Positions 1 to 11,281 of a DNA stretch of 64,000 nt are shown here, piece by piece. The stretch's first letter is position 1. Each line of letters starts with the position of its first letter. The stretch comes from Gnetum montanum (taxonomy: Eukaryota; Plantae; Gnetophyta), in NCBI GenBank assembly GCA_015680685.1, contig MNCI01001077.1, positions 377,627 to 441,626 on the forward strand. Reading direction: 5' to 3'. The translations under genes and the position numbers were made by a program. The notes beneath the pieces are model-generated. The model did no database searches, had not been told where the DNA came from, and was given only the letters and a program-made list of their open reading frames with translations.

Positions 1-352
1 TGTGATAATTGTCTTATTTGTTGCTTCTGCCTGCCCATTGCTCTGAGGATAATAACGGGATGAAAACGAATGTTTGATCCCTAGACTATCGCAAAACGTT
101 TTGGTCTCGGCACTGCTAAATTGTGGCCCGTTGTCAGTGATGAGTGTCATGGGAATGCCAAAACGGGTTACAATGTTTTCGAGGATGAAGTGGCACACGT
201 GTTTAGAAGTAGTCTTTCAAAGGGGCGCAGCTTCTACCCATTTCGTGAAATATTCGGTTGCTGTTATGATAAAGCCATGTCCGGCAGAAGATGTGGGTGT
301 TATCGTGCCGATGAGGTCCAGTCCCCACTTCTGGAAGGGCCATGTGATTTGT
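1..352 (-). pseudogene. Integrase catalytic core fragment
   Basis: Minus frame reads WPFQKWGLDLIGTITPTSSAGHGFIITATEYFTKWVEA...TDNGPQF...YPQSNGQAEATNK; near-identical to 29770-30120. Confidence 0.92.
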
Positions 353-487
353 GTTATATTTTTTATGTGTAAATTTTATATTTTTTTTTTGAAAAATTCA
401 AAGCGAATTCGAAAAAGCACGAAAAACGAGGCAAAAAGCAAGAAAAACGGAAAAGCAGCGGTGGTGTCAGCGTCAGCGTCAATGCGC

Positions 488-494
488 TATAAAA
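488..494 (+). promoter_or_regulatory. TATA box of antisense accessory gene (copy 1)
   Basis: CTATAAAAGGGG about 210 bp upstream of ATG 700; homologous CTATATAAAGGGG at ~33240 in copy 2. Confidence 0.65.
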
Positions 495-699
495 GGGGAG
501 AAGGGGTGTCATTTTTTCATTTGACTTTCAGAGCGTGAGCGTAAACTGTGAGCATAACCCCAGCGTAGACGCCAAGCGAAACCACAGCGCAGACGCCGAG
601 CGAAACCCCAGCGTAGATGCCGAGAGAAAACCCCTGTTTACGTCACGCGTAAACCACAGCATAGACGCCGACCAGACGAGCCACGGCGTAGACGCCGAG

Positions 700-3600
700 A
701 TGGCCAGAGGCAAAGAAATAGTAGTCCGAGGATAGAAAGGACCCGAACTGACGTTCGCGGAGGAGAGTGAGGCGATGCTGCAGTGTCTAGCCCGCCCGAG
801 CGTCCCCGCATGGCCCGGATCTTCTGGCAGGTAGGCCTTTGACTCTGTTTTCATTGATTTTTAGCGCCTGTTTTCTTTGTAGCGTAGACAGTTTGCGTAG
901 GGTTTCGGCGTATACACCGAGCATGAAGGGTTTAGAGCAATATATCAGCGTAGACGCCGCGTGTGTTATTTTTAGCATAGACTGTCGCGGCTTCGTTTTT
1001 ACGGTATCTAGCGTAGACGATTGTCGGCGTATATGCTCAGCGTATACGCCGAGCATAAGTCGGATACTTCGCAGCGTAAGTCTGTTCGGCTTAAATTTCT
1101 ATATTATGCACGGCGTAGATAGTTTTTGGTATGCGATTTCTACGCCCAGCGTATACACCCAGCGTAACTGCTTTCGTAGGCCCAGCGTATACGCCGGGCG
1201 TAACTGTTTTCATACGCCCCACGTATACGCTGGGCGTAACTATTTTTCCTACACCCAGCGTATACGCCGAGTGTAACTACTTTCGTACGCCCAGCGTATA
1301 CGCCGAGCGTAACTGTTTTCGTACGCCCAACGTATATGCTGAGTGTAACTATTTTTCCTATGCCCAGCGTATATGCCAAGCGTAACTGCTTTCGTACGCC
1401 CAGCGTAACTATTTTCGTACACCCAGCGTATACATCGAGCGTAACTGTTTTTCCTATGCCCAGCGTATACGCCGAGCATAACAGTTAGAAAAATTTTCTG
1501 CGAATATCTAATTTCCAAAATGACGTTTTCAGTATTGATCTTTGGTGTTGTTTCAATGGCTTGCAGAGACATTGAGCCTCCCCTTCTAGTGATTAAGTTA
1601 GTTGGGGTTTTGACATGGTTTGGTCCTTTGGAGGATGGTGACCCGACCTCGAATTTGGTTGTTGAGCACAATGGGGTCTGGTTCCGGGACGGGGCCAGCG
1701 AATTTTTGGCCTTCTTGCTAGACCATTTCAATGTCGTGGTTTGGTCTCACCTAGGCGAGGATGTGGCATGGAGCATCATTGAGGCCATGTTGCCTGGCGC
1801 GGAGAAGGGCATCAGAATATTTATGGAGGATATTGATGAAAGGCTACTTGTCGCTTAGGGTGTTCCCCCTGGTGGTCCAAGGTCTGCCCGTCCGTTGACA
1901 CATGTGTGGGACCAGCTGCTACGGGGGCCCAACTATATCAACAACACATTGTTCTTAGCTGGCCGCGCGCACACTTTGTTTCAGAATCCCCCCGGCACAG
2001 TATACCGGGTGGAAAGGTAATTTCGTCTTAGCTTTGGTTATTCCTCTCTTTTTCACATTCAAATACTTAATCTCATTTCGACACATGTTTTTGCCTTCCC
2101 GCAGGCCAAAAGTTACACCAGATGGGGCCTACGCGGGCGACGATGGGATTGAATTTGTGCGTACGGCTGTGGAAGTGTTCAAGGTGGGTCCCACCCTTCG
2201 CGGGACCATTTTGGCCCACACTAGGGACGCCATGAAGAACTTCCCCAAGATATTTTCAAAGGCGTTTGCACAATGCGCCGCGCATGGCTGGTTGCATGCC
2301 GACTGGGCCCCTAATGGGCCAATTTTCCCATCTGCTTCTGATCTGGGTAAAACCTCAAAGTCCAACACTAGAAGTAAGTGGCAATGTTTCCTAGATGTCG
2401 TGTTTGGTTTGGTCAATTTCCAAGTGTCAAGCTAATATGAAGGTTTTGGGTTTGCCTTTACAGCTAGCACCACCTCCAGCGGGGATTCCGTTGTGACCGG
2501 GAGGACTGAAACNTTCATTTGACAGATCTGTTTCCCGCTATAGTGCCCGTATTAAGGGTGTTAAAGTAATTTTTGAATTATCACCCCAATTTTTTGCAGA
2601 TTTGTTTGGCGTGCCTACAAGTGTCGTAAAAATCGTTACAGACAGGATGCTTAAAGAAATTGACATGATCCGTGATCTAGAGGAGTGGTTAGGGGTGACC
2701 AAGGGTGCCAAAGGATTCCCAATGCAGGGGAGAACGAAGGTTGAGGAAGTCAACGAGCTTTATCCCCTATTTAGAGCACGTTTGTTTTCAAAGACTCTAT
2801 CACAAGTCAAGAGTCTTGGGGTCGAAGTAGTGCGAGTCATGCGCACTATTCTAGAGGCTAGCGTGCGCTACAACTGGGCTGAATTTTTATTATCAGGAAT
2901 GACCAAAGAGATAGAGCAGTTGCGTTCGAACATAGAGGCGCAATCCCATTTTACCTTTGCTTTCTTCGCCAGCTACATTCGTCGCTTGGCCGAATTTTTG
3001 GTGGTTCGTGGGGAAAACAAATTTGTTTTACGTGATAGGAACCAGCTATCTCACCCTTGGGTGAATCACTTATTCGACACAGCCAAGTCCCAAGGCACCC
3101 CCGAGGGGATTGATGAATCCCTTACGATCACTACGGGTGGATCGTCTGGTCCCTCGCTTCACACACGCGACAATATAGGGTTGGAACCTGATGAAGTACC
3201 CTATACTACAAAGAAGGCGGAGCGGGTGGTCAAGGAAACAATAGGCAAAGTGATGTCCAAGTTGGGGAAGCATGACAGCACGGTTGAGGGAACCAGTGAG
3301 ATTGAGCCGCCCAGAGTAAAGCGGATTCGATTTAAGATTCCTGGTAAACTTCTTATTTTTATCTTACTTTTCTTACAAATAGTTTTAACGGTTACTAGTT
3401 GTATGTATCTGACTTCATTTGTTTTGTATTGAGCAGTCAAGAGACACGATTTGCGGACCATACCAGAGGACGAAGAGTTAACCGACCCAGCGGGAGGAAC
3501 TGAATTGCTGGGGGAGGGAACTGAAGGAACTAGAGGAACAGGAGGAACGGGAGGTACTGAACCCCTAGATGATCAAGCGGAGACTGAAGGAATGTTCAGC

Positions 3601-4995
3601 AGCTTTCTTACAGGGGACCTTGAGCTTGGAGACCCCTCGACGCAGGAAGAGATCAGAGGGAACGGTATCTCTCTTTACTCAGTTATGTAGCCTAATATAT
3701 TCCTGGATTACTTTATTGTGAATTTTTTGTTTGACTCAGAGGAGAGCGAGACCATCCCAGAGAAGGAGTCAGAGATCCCCCCCAAAGTGCCTCCCAAGGT
3801 TAGCGGCTCACGCACTGATGGACCTTTTACTTGGATGGAAATGCCAAGTAAAAGGGATTTCGTAGTTGGGGTGGCCGAAGAGGTTGTCGAGTGGATCGAA
3901 GGGATCAATCATGACATAGGTATGGATGCGTCCAAATATTTTTACTATGTTAGAGTTTGATGCTCAATTCTATTTGTTCTAACGTTTGTCTTTTCCCTGT
4001 GGACAGGTGCCCAACTGAGGTGGGATCCATCCGAACCTGTCAATATGGAGAGTTTGCCTACACTTTCTCCTGAAGTTGAACAAGTGCCCAGACCTGTTTA
4101 CGAAGAGGTAGCAGAGGGCTTCGTTCACAATGCCAAAGTGATATGGACGTGTAGGCGCTGCATTGAACAATTGTGGCTCCAAATTCAGGTGAAAGAGAAG
4201 GAGAATTCTGAATTGTCAACGAAATGTGATGATCTGAAGGCCTGGTATGAGTTCGCCGCAACTAAATTAAGCAATGATCGCTCTTGGCGGACCTCTGAGG
4301 TTACGTATACAAGGTATTGGAACCTACTCAATTTCCATGCGAGGCTGATACAGAGACTAGGAGAGCGCAGGGCCCAAATTGATTTGCTGAATACAAAATG
4401 CCAAGATTGGAAGGCTTTCACCTCCAAAGTACGTAAATCGGGGTAAGATGAGAAGAACCACAAACACCAGTAGAAGAAGTCGCTAAAATAAGTATCTATT
4501 GAGAAGCGATAGTTAGAAATGTTTGTGGAGGGTCTTGGTCTACGCTCTGCCTTTGACACATTCTCCCAAAACACAATTGTAGAGATGGAATCTCCTAAAC
4601 GACGGATTACGATAGCCTCTGGGGAGGTGTCGGTGGGTGAGTTCTCTTTGAAACGTCCCACCTGGTTAGATGTTGACAAGGGGAAGGCTCTGGCAGATAT
4701 TGACTTGGGTCTCAATGGGACGGACTGGGCAAGTATTTCTGAAGAGGAGATCCTACGGTGACTTGAATTCGGCTTGGGGGGACCTCCTATGGTAAGCGTT
4801 TTGTCTTTTTGGATTTAATTGATTTGACTAATGTTTGGAATCATATCATTCGCTCATTTTTTGTGTTGATTATTTCCTCTTTGGTCTTTTCAGGATGAAG
4901 GCAGGGATGAGACTGGAGAAGTTCTCCCCAGTGGAACAGGGGCCTCTGATGCTGGTGGGCCCAAGGAGGACGATCCTCATGCCCCAGACGTTTAG
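700..4995 (+). pseudogene. Antisense 8-exon accessory gene, copy 1: degenerate FCP1/NIF-like domain + plant-transposon-type domain + acidic tract + coiled coil
   Basis: Exons 700-830, 1567-2016, 2105-2373, 2464-3343, 3437-3664, 3740-3919, 4007-4791, 4894-4995. All introns are GT-AG and phases match wherever checkable (exon 4 contains an N gap). A few in-frame stops (e.g. 733, 1856, 4444, 4471, 4510, 4759). Exons 1 and 2 have the same lengths (131, 450 bp) in copy 2. Confidence 0.85.
1141..1480. repeat. ~36-bp tandem repeat (~9-10 copies) built on palindrome GCGTATACGC, in intron 1
   Basis: Units TACGCCCAGCGTATACGCCGAGCGTAACTGTTTTCG at 1141, 1177, 1213, 1250... Confidence 0.9.
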
Positions 4996-5220
4996 CATTT
5001 TAGCATTTTTCGTTTTTCGATTTATACTGAAACTGTAACTTGAACATTATGAAATGAACAGAGATGGTTGATTGTATGTAATAACATGCATATATATATA
5101 TATATATATTTGTTGTTGATTTTGGGTTTAACATGGCATAGAAAAGTAAAATTTTTTGGTTCGTTTTCTGTTTTAAGTGCAATACAGGAAGCGATTATAA
5201 AAGTAGAACGAAAAGCAATT

Positions 5221-5535
5221 ACTAGTTTATGGCCATTTCAAGCCCCATGCATAGTTTATGACCATCTCGGGCCTCATGCGTAGTTTATGGCCATCTCGGG
5301 CCTCATGCGTAGTTTATGGCCATTTTGGGCCCCATGCGTAATCAAGGGATGTTTTGGAGGACGCGGATAGATTTCTCGGCTAATCGATCATTGCTGATCG
5401 TGGCTAGTTTTATGTCGTTGCGGACATGATAGTTTAGTGTCATTTCGGACCGGGAGTGGAATTTAATTATTTTTCCTATTTTATCGTAGTTTAGTGTCAT
5501 TTCGGACTTTTTATAGTTTAACGTCATTTCGGACT
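5221..5535. repeat. Motif array TAGTTTA(N)..GYC..TYGG(A/G)C between PR stop and accessory-gene 3' end
   Basis: Four 29-bp units TAGTTTATGGCCATCTCGGGCCTCATGCG (5221-5340) and four TAGTTTAGTGTCATTTCGGAC-type units (5405-5535). Confidence 0.85.
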
Positions 5536-5548
5536 AAGAGTGGCAGTA

Positions 5549-8500
5549 TCACTTCAGTAATTTTTTGATCTTTTTCGTTTTAATGTTAGATGATGTTTCA
5601 ATAGGTATGATCCGATACTCAGCGTCACCTTCGCTGATTACATTAAACGGTAATTCGGCCCAAGGGACCTCTGATGGAATGTCTTTTATGTTAGCACTTT
5701 CAGCTATTTCAATGTCCGTAGGGAGCTCTATATCAGTTTTTATTCGAGGGGGCACAGACGTTTCTGTTTGAGGAAGCTTTTGTTCCACGTCAGAAGATTT
5801 ACTGCTTACCGATGATTGTAGATCTTCATTATTTTGGCTAGGCTTTTCAAGTTCGATTTTCAAGCCTTGGTCCATGTCCACATGCGATGAGATAATAGGA
5901 GTAACTGCTTCGGCACGTATGACGATTTCTCTGCCTTCATAAGGCAGATGAATTTCCTGATGGATAGGGGAAGAGACAGCTCTCAGTTGGGCTAGCTAGG
6001 GTCTTCCTAATATTAGGTTGAACCCTGGCATCTCGTCCACTACTAGGAATTCAGTAGATGTCAGGAATTGATCTCCCACTATAAAGTCTAAGGTTATCGA
6101 GCTTTTCACCATTACGCATGACCCACTGAATGACTTTAAACATGTAGTCGTGGCTGGTTTAAGTAGTTCAGTAAGCCCTAGTTGCTCGATAATGTGGTAC
6201 GGCACGACGTTTGTTGCAGCCCCATCGTCTACATGGACCCTATGTATTTTAAATTGGTTTACACAGATTGTTATGAACATAGGAGCTATTGTCACCTCCT
6301 TCGTTCTTTTATCGACCTTGATGCTGTCGTCATGAAAGTTTAGAGGCTTAAGAGTAGTTCCATGAGGTGAGAACATCACCGCATGGATGGAGGGTTCGTT
6401 TGGGGGTAAATCCTCGCTCACCGGGATTGATGTTAACATGCACACTAGAGCTTCCCGATGCATTTGAGATGTTAATACTAAGTCATACAAGCTCAGTGAA
6501 GTGTTTTTTTGTTTTAATGCTTGCATGACTTGTGTCAAGGCGGCTGCGAATTTTTCACTGTTGGGGGTGTTTCTATTGGTGCTGATTGGATCCATTAGAC
6601 CCAACAGTTTTATCACCTGTCTTGTTGGTTTGTCAGTTTTCGGAGCTGTCATTTCGGATGATTGATGTTTTTTAGATGACTCACCTTCATTGCCTGTGCT
6701 TGGTTGATCGGTAGATGATGACATGGGCATGGAATTGACGGGAGTGGGCTTCGGTGGCCCCAGAGCTAACCCTTGGCACTCTCTCTCCATACGTTCACGC
6801 GCGAGTCTATCTCCGGGACGTTCTCGCGTGTGGCGTGGAGGTGCCGTTGGTTTTGGCATTTCGGGTTACCCTGGGAGTTTAACCACATATGGGATTGGAT
6901 GGGGTGATGCTTGTACTGTTGGATGTGCTTGGTTAGAGGGCCGGACAGGTAGCCTAACGACGTAGGGCTTGGGTTGGCGTTGTGTTTGTGACATAGGGGC
7001 TTGGTAGTCATCAGTACCTTTGGGTGTTCTAATGACAAATGGGGTTGGTTTCGGCAAAGGTTGGACCTCCGATGTTGGAGTGGCTGAGGGTACTTGGACC
7101 ACAAAAGGAGCAGGCTGGTTATGCGGAGTTTGTGCGTTTAGGGGAGTGACGGGAGGGACACGCACCACATATGGCCTGTCGCGTGTCGCGGTGTTAGGTA
7201 TGGCCACTGTCGGGGGTATCTGAACGACATACGGTTGTTGTAAAGGATGAGACAGCCGGGGTGCGGGTGTAGACGCAGGGACAGGTGGGTGAACTACGAA
7301 AGGTTTGTTAGACGTTTGCTGCGTATATTCGGGAGATGTGGCATTAATGTAAGATGGCTCAGAATCGTTGTCAAGGCAGACTGTACTGATGGTGTATGAC
7401 ACCTCTTTAATGTTTAAAGGGTCTTTATAGATCCCCATAGCTTGATTTTGCGGCTGAATAGGGTTTGCTTTGTCGAAGGTGATTTGTCCTTCATCAATCA
7501 TTCGCTGTAGGTCCTGATTCAAGGTGAAACAGTAATCTGTTCCGTGCTCGTTTCATTGATGATAATCACAAAAGCGATCCACCCTGAAGCCTTTAGGTAC
7601 AGGAGGCTCATCCAGAGTTGCTAGGCTTGGGTTCTGAATGAGTTGACAGAATCGATCATGTCTCTGGATGGGCGCAGGAGATAACTATTTATACTGCATT
7701 AAACCAACCTTTAGGAGCTGATCAAAAAGCAGGGATGGCTTCATGGGCAAGGGTGTATATTGAGAGGGTTCTTTCCTCTCAAAATTGCGTGTGCGGTTCG
7801 CTGGATTATTCTGTGACGATGATTCTTGTACAATCGTCGGAGTTGGTTTGTTGTAATTAGCAGGGGTTTGCGGCGGCCTAGTTGGTTGTTGTGCCCCTGC
7901 TATCGATGCTATGGTCATTTTAGCCTTTTCTTTATCTTTTTTAGCATGTTGATTTTTAAAGGCTATGTAGGCCGGGTCGTTGCTGTTTTGTCCTGCCTCT
8001 TCTATATTTTTAATTTGCTAGAAGGCTTGGTTGAGATTGAGCGCGTTTAGATAGTACAGCTTGGATTTAAAGAAATCGTTGACGGCCCCTTTCAAAATAG
8101 TGAGCAGGTATGTCTGGGAGATTTTCTTGTGCAGCTCATTAAGGGCTGCGCTCCACCTCTGGATAAATTTCTGGACCAGTTCAAGCGGTATCTGCTTGAC
8201 CTGAATGAGGCTGTCTAGTGTGGCCTCAGGTTTCAGGTTATATTTGAACCTGGTCACGAATTGGTGTAGTAGGTTCTCCAAGGAGGAAACAGAGTTTCTT
8301 GGGAGCGCCCTATACCAATCGAGTGCTCTCCCCGAGAGGGACATGGGAAACACGCGAAGAATTGCATGGGGCCATACTTATAGCAGTGCGCACTCTAACC
8401 TGAACGTTATTAAATGCGCGTTAGGATCTGTCTCCCCATTGTACTTGGTTAGCGTAGGTAGGGAGATGCCTGTGGGCAGAGTTAAAGGCGGGACGGAAGA

Positions 8501-9698
8501 GCTGATGGGGTCATCGTTATAGAAGTCTAATACCTTCAACTCCCCGTCAGCGGCTATCTTGAGACGTTTTACCTCGTCGGTTAATTCCTGCATCATTCTT
8601 TTAGCATCTGCCCAATGCTGAGCATTTGGGAGCATGGCGGTTTGGGCTTGTGGCACGCTGTATGAGTTAGACTGTTGAACGGTGGATTGGAAGGCTGAAA
8701 GTTACGTTGTTGGTGGTTGCATTTGTGGGAAGTGTACAGTAGGTGGCACTAGGGGCAATACATTATAAAGAGGAGGCTGTTGCTGCTATGGTCGCAGTTG
8801 TGCCTGGGGCACATGAGCTGGTGGCAACGTGTAGGGTGGTACGTAGTGGTGGGGGATCTATTGCGACGTCATGCCTATCATTGGCCATTGCCCGACCATG
8901 TTGTATGAGGGGGCTCCTTGTTGGGTTACGACAGTGAAAGGGGGTGTGTGCATTTGGACATGCGGGATGTAGTGGGCAGATGTGGACATGGGTATAACAT
9001 GTGGTATTCTTACCACTTGGGATTGGAATGTCACTCCCATGTTACTGTGAGGTGGCGGTGCTTGTGAGGATGAACCCATAGCTATAAAAGGGAAGGAGTT
9101 GGGCAAAGGGTTGCCCTGGGGAGGGACCTGGGCTGACGCGGATGTTTCTTGTAACGACGCTTGAGTGTGGGAAGAGTTAGGGGGTTGGAGGGGTATGACC
9201 TCCCCTGCGTCTGGGTTAAATATGGGGTTCATGTGGTTATGTGGACTAAGAGTATGATAGGAGTCTTCGTGCTCAGATTGGGCAGCGAATTCGTCCTCTT
9301 CGTCCCGTTGTGGATCTGCCGTAATTTGGTCTAGCGATTGGCTCCTGTGAAAAAGGAGCTGCGCAAAGAGTTCCGAGAATTGTTCTGGAATGGGGATTAC
9401 ATCGTATGGGGAAGGGATGAATTCATATCCCCCTTTGTAAAATATTTCAAATTGCCTTTTTACTTCCATTTCAGCCCGATCAACTGCCAGGCCAGCTTGC
9501 ATCTTAATGCAGATGAAGTTATACTCATCTTGGGTTATAACGTTGGCAGCAGGGTCTCTCCCTTGCAACCTCAACGACCGACGGGGCCCCACTGTGGATT
9601 TCCCTCCCATATGTTGTGTGACAGATTGCTGGGCAGCCGTTGTGTCTGAGATGTTAACGTTCTAGGTAGTAGCAGCGGTGAAGTTCATGGGATTCATG
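5549..9698 (-). pseudogene. gag-protease of element 1
   Basis: Gag core KYNGETDPNAHL...FPMSLSGRALDWYRALP...FVTRFKYNL; FCDYH-x3-H-x4-C knuckle (~7530-7575); protease VHVDDGAATNVVP...FNLILGRP; scattered stops; own stop at 5549. Confidence 0.9.
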
Positions 9699-10012
9699 AT
9701 GATAGACGTTTTGAGTGTGCAAGATTGATGTATTGGATAATGTAGTGTATGCGACTGGTGTAGACGAATCTATAGGGTAAGTATGCAGTGTAAACGTCGG
9801 CGTAAGTATGCAGCGTAAACGCTGGCATCAGTATGCAGCGTAAACGCTGGCGTAAGTATGTAGCGTAAACGTTGGCGTAAGTGTGCAGCGTATACGCTAG
9901 GGTTTATGTGCAGCATATACGCTGAAGAATCGAAAACGTAGACAACGGGGCAGCAAAAACGTTGATAAGCGTAGACGCTGAGGAGCGTGCAGTCAAACTG
10001 TTTAAGCGGAGG

Positions 10013-10029
10013 CCCTCCTTCTAGCGCCA
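10013..10029 (-). promoter_or_regulatory. Primer binding site, complementary to the 3' end of plant tRNA-Asn(GUU)
   Basis: TGGCGCTAGAAGGAGGG 5 nt inside the LTR end; plant tRNA-Asn ends ...CCCTCCTTCTAGCG-CCA (recalled, not searched). Confidence 0.8.
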
Positions 10030-10034
10030 AATTC

Positions 10035-11281
10035 TGTACCACCTGAAATCGTCGATCCTTGGCTAGAACGGGAAACAGAGACCGTGGGATCGCAGGGCGA
10101 GGACAGAAGACCCCACATTCGCCTAAGGGCATGCTGAAATGCACGAAGGTAGGGTACCTTGGGTGGTCCGCACGCGGATCAGACAAGGATTTCCCTGAGT
10201 GCCACCGAAGTGTTATACGCTGGGTTATGCGTAAACGGAGCGTAAATAGTGAAACAGGCGTAGATAGAACGTAAGCGTAAAGGACGTAAACAGAGTAGGG
10301 CGTAAACAGCGTAAACAAATATAGGCACAACGTAAGCGCATACAGGCGTGGACAGCGTAAACAGATGTAGGGTGTAAGCAAAAGTAAACGGTGTAAATAG
10401 TGGGCGTATGCGGGCGCAAACAGAGCGTGAACTTAAACAGGCATAAACGAAGCGTGGGCCAAATTAATGTAAAACTATAAAAGAACTTTCAACAAAGGTA
10501 AATAGTAGATTACAGAGTCAAAATGTTGTGCACCGGTCTAACGCAGTCGTGTAGGAACACAAGGCGGACGTAAAGCCCTGGTGGACGTAGGGACGCAACT
10601 GGTTAGCACGGTAGGCGGAGCACGGATTGTGCTTAGCGTACAGGACTTCCAGCGTAAGCGTAAGCGTAAAGGGGTTTCTGCAACGTAATTGCTCTACGTC
10701 TGCTCTAGTAAAATTTTTCTGACCTTAAAAATGCGGAAAACTGGGCTATTTATAGGGGTAGGGTTACTAGGAAAAGCGGACTGGGAGACACGTGGCGTAT
10801 AGACCGGGCGTTTACAATTTAGAAAGATGGTATACACTGGGTGTATACACTACAACAGGCCGGCGTATACGCTGGGTGTATACGCCGGGCGTGTACGCTG
10901 GGCGTAGACGCTGGGCGGATGTTGGCGTATACGCCGGGGCGTATACACTGATGGATGCTGGACGTCGACTTGCTTCAATTCTTGCTCCTGTTGCACCTGC
11001 TGAGCGTGCGTGTGAGACGTGTATGCAGAGTGTCGTGCGTAGACGCTGGGCGTGGATGCTGGGCGTAGACGCTGGGCATGGACGCTGAGCATGGATGCTG
11101 GGCGTGGATGCTGGGCGTGGACGCTGGGCGTATACATTGGCTCAACACTTAGTAAAAACCAGGTGTTTGATTCTCAAAATTTCCCGGTGTGACTTCAAAT
11201 GTAGCCAAAGTCATCTGTGGGTCATGGGGATCTGCTTTTTGTCAGACAAATGCTAAACTCAAAGATTTTTGTGGTGTTTCA
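10035..11281 (-). repeat. 5' LTR of element 1 (family A)
   Basis: Termini TGAAACACCAC...GGTACA on minus; TATA (CTATAAATAG) ~10746-10755; homologous to 27217-28408, 40471-41649, 19830-21365, 49058-50997. Confidence 0.92.

Larger units (their letters stand above)
1..11281 (-). mobile_element. Tat/Ogre-like Ty3/gypsy LTR retrotransposon, family A, element 1 (3' part outside window; internal deletion of RT-RH)
   Basis: 5' LTR 10035-11281, PBS 10013-10029, gag-PR on minus 9698-5549, antisense gene 700-4995, integrase fragment 1-352; collinear with element 27217-41649. Confidence 0.92.

Noticed and set aside
74-538. Plus-strand 154-aa ORF (and 29842-30102, 31536-31868, 8205-8522)
   Set aside because: Antisense shadows of integrase, RT and gag
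787-1385. ORFs rich in YTPSV / LGVYA (also 9770-11137, 20588-21235, 27624-28400, 40881-41568)
   Set aside because: Translation artefacts of GCGTATACGC repeats in introns and LTRs
3343-3432. Transmembrane/env-like C-terminus of ORF 2602-3432
   Set aside because: The hydrophobic tail is read-through into a T-rich intron after the conserved CCTG|GT donor; copy 2 has a stop there
700-4995. Host gene interrupted by transposons
   Set aside because: Same position and antisense orientation in multiple elements of three families, inside LTR/TSD boundaries, so it is element cargo
10013-10029. tRNA gene
   Set aside because: Only the 17-nt 3' end is present; it is a PBS
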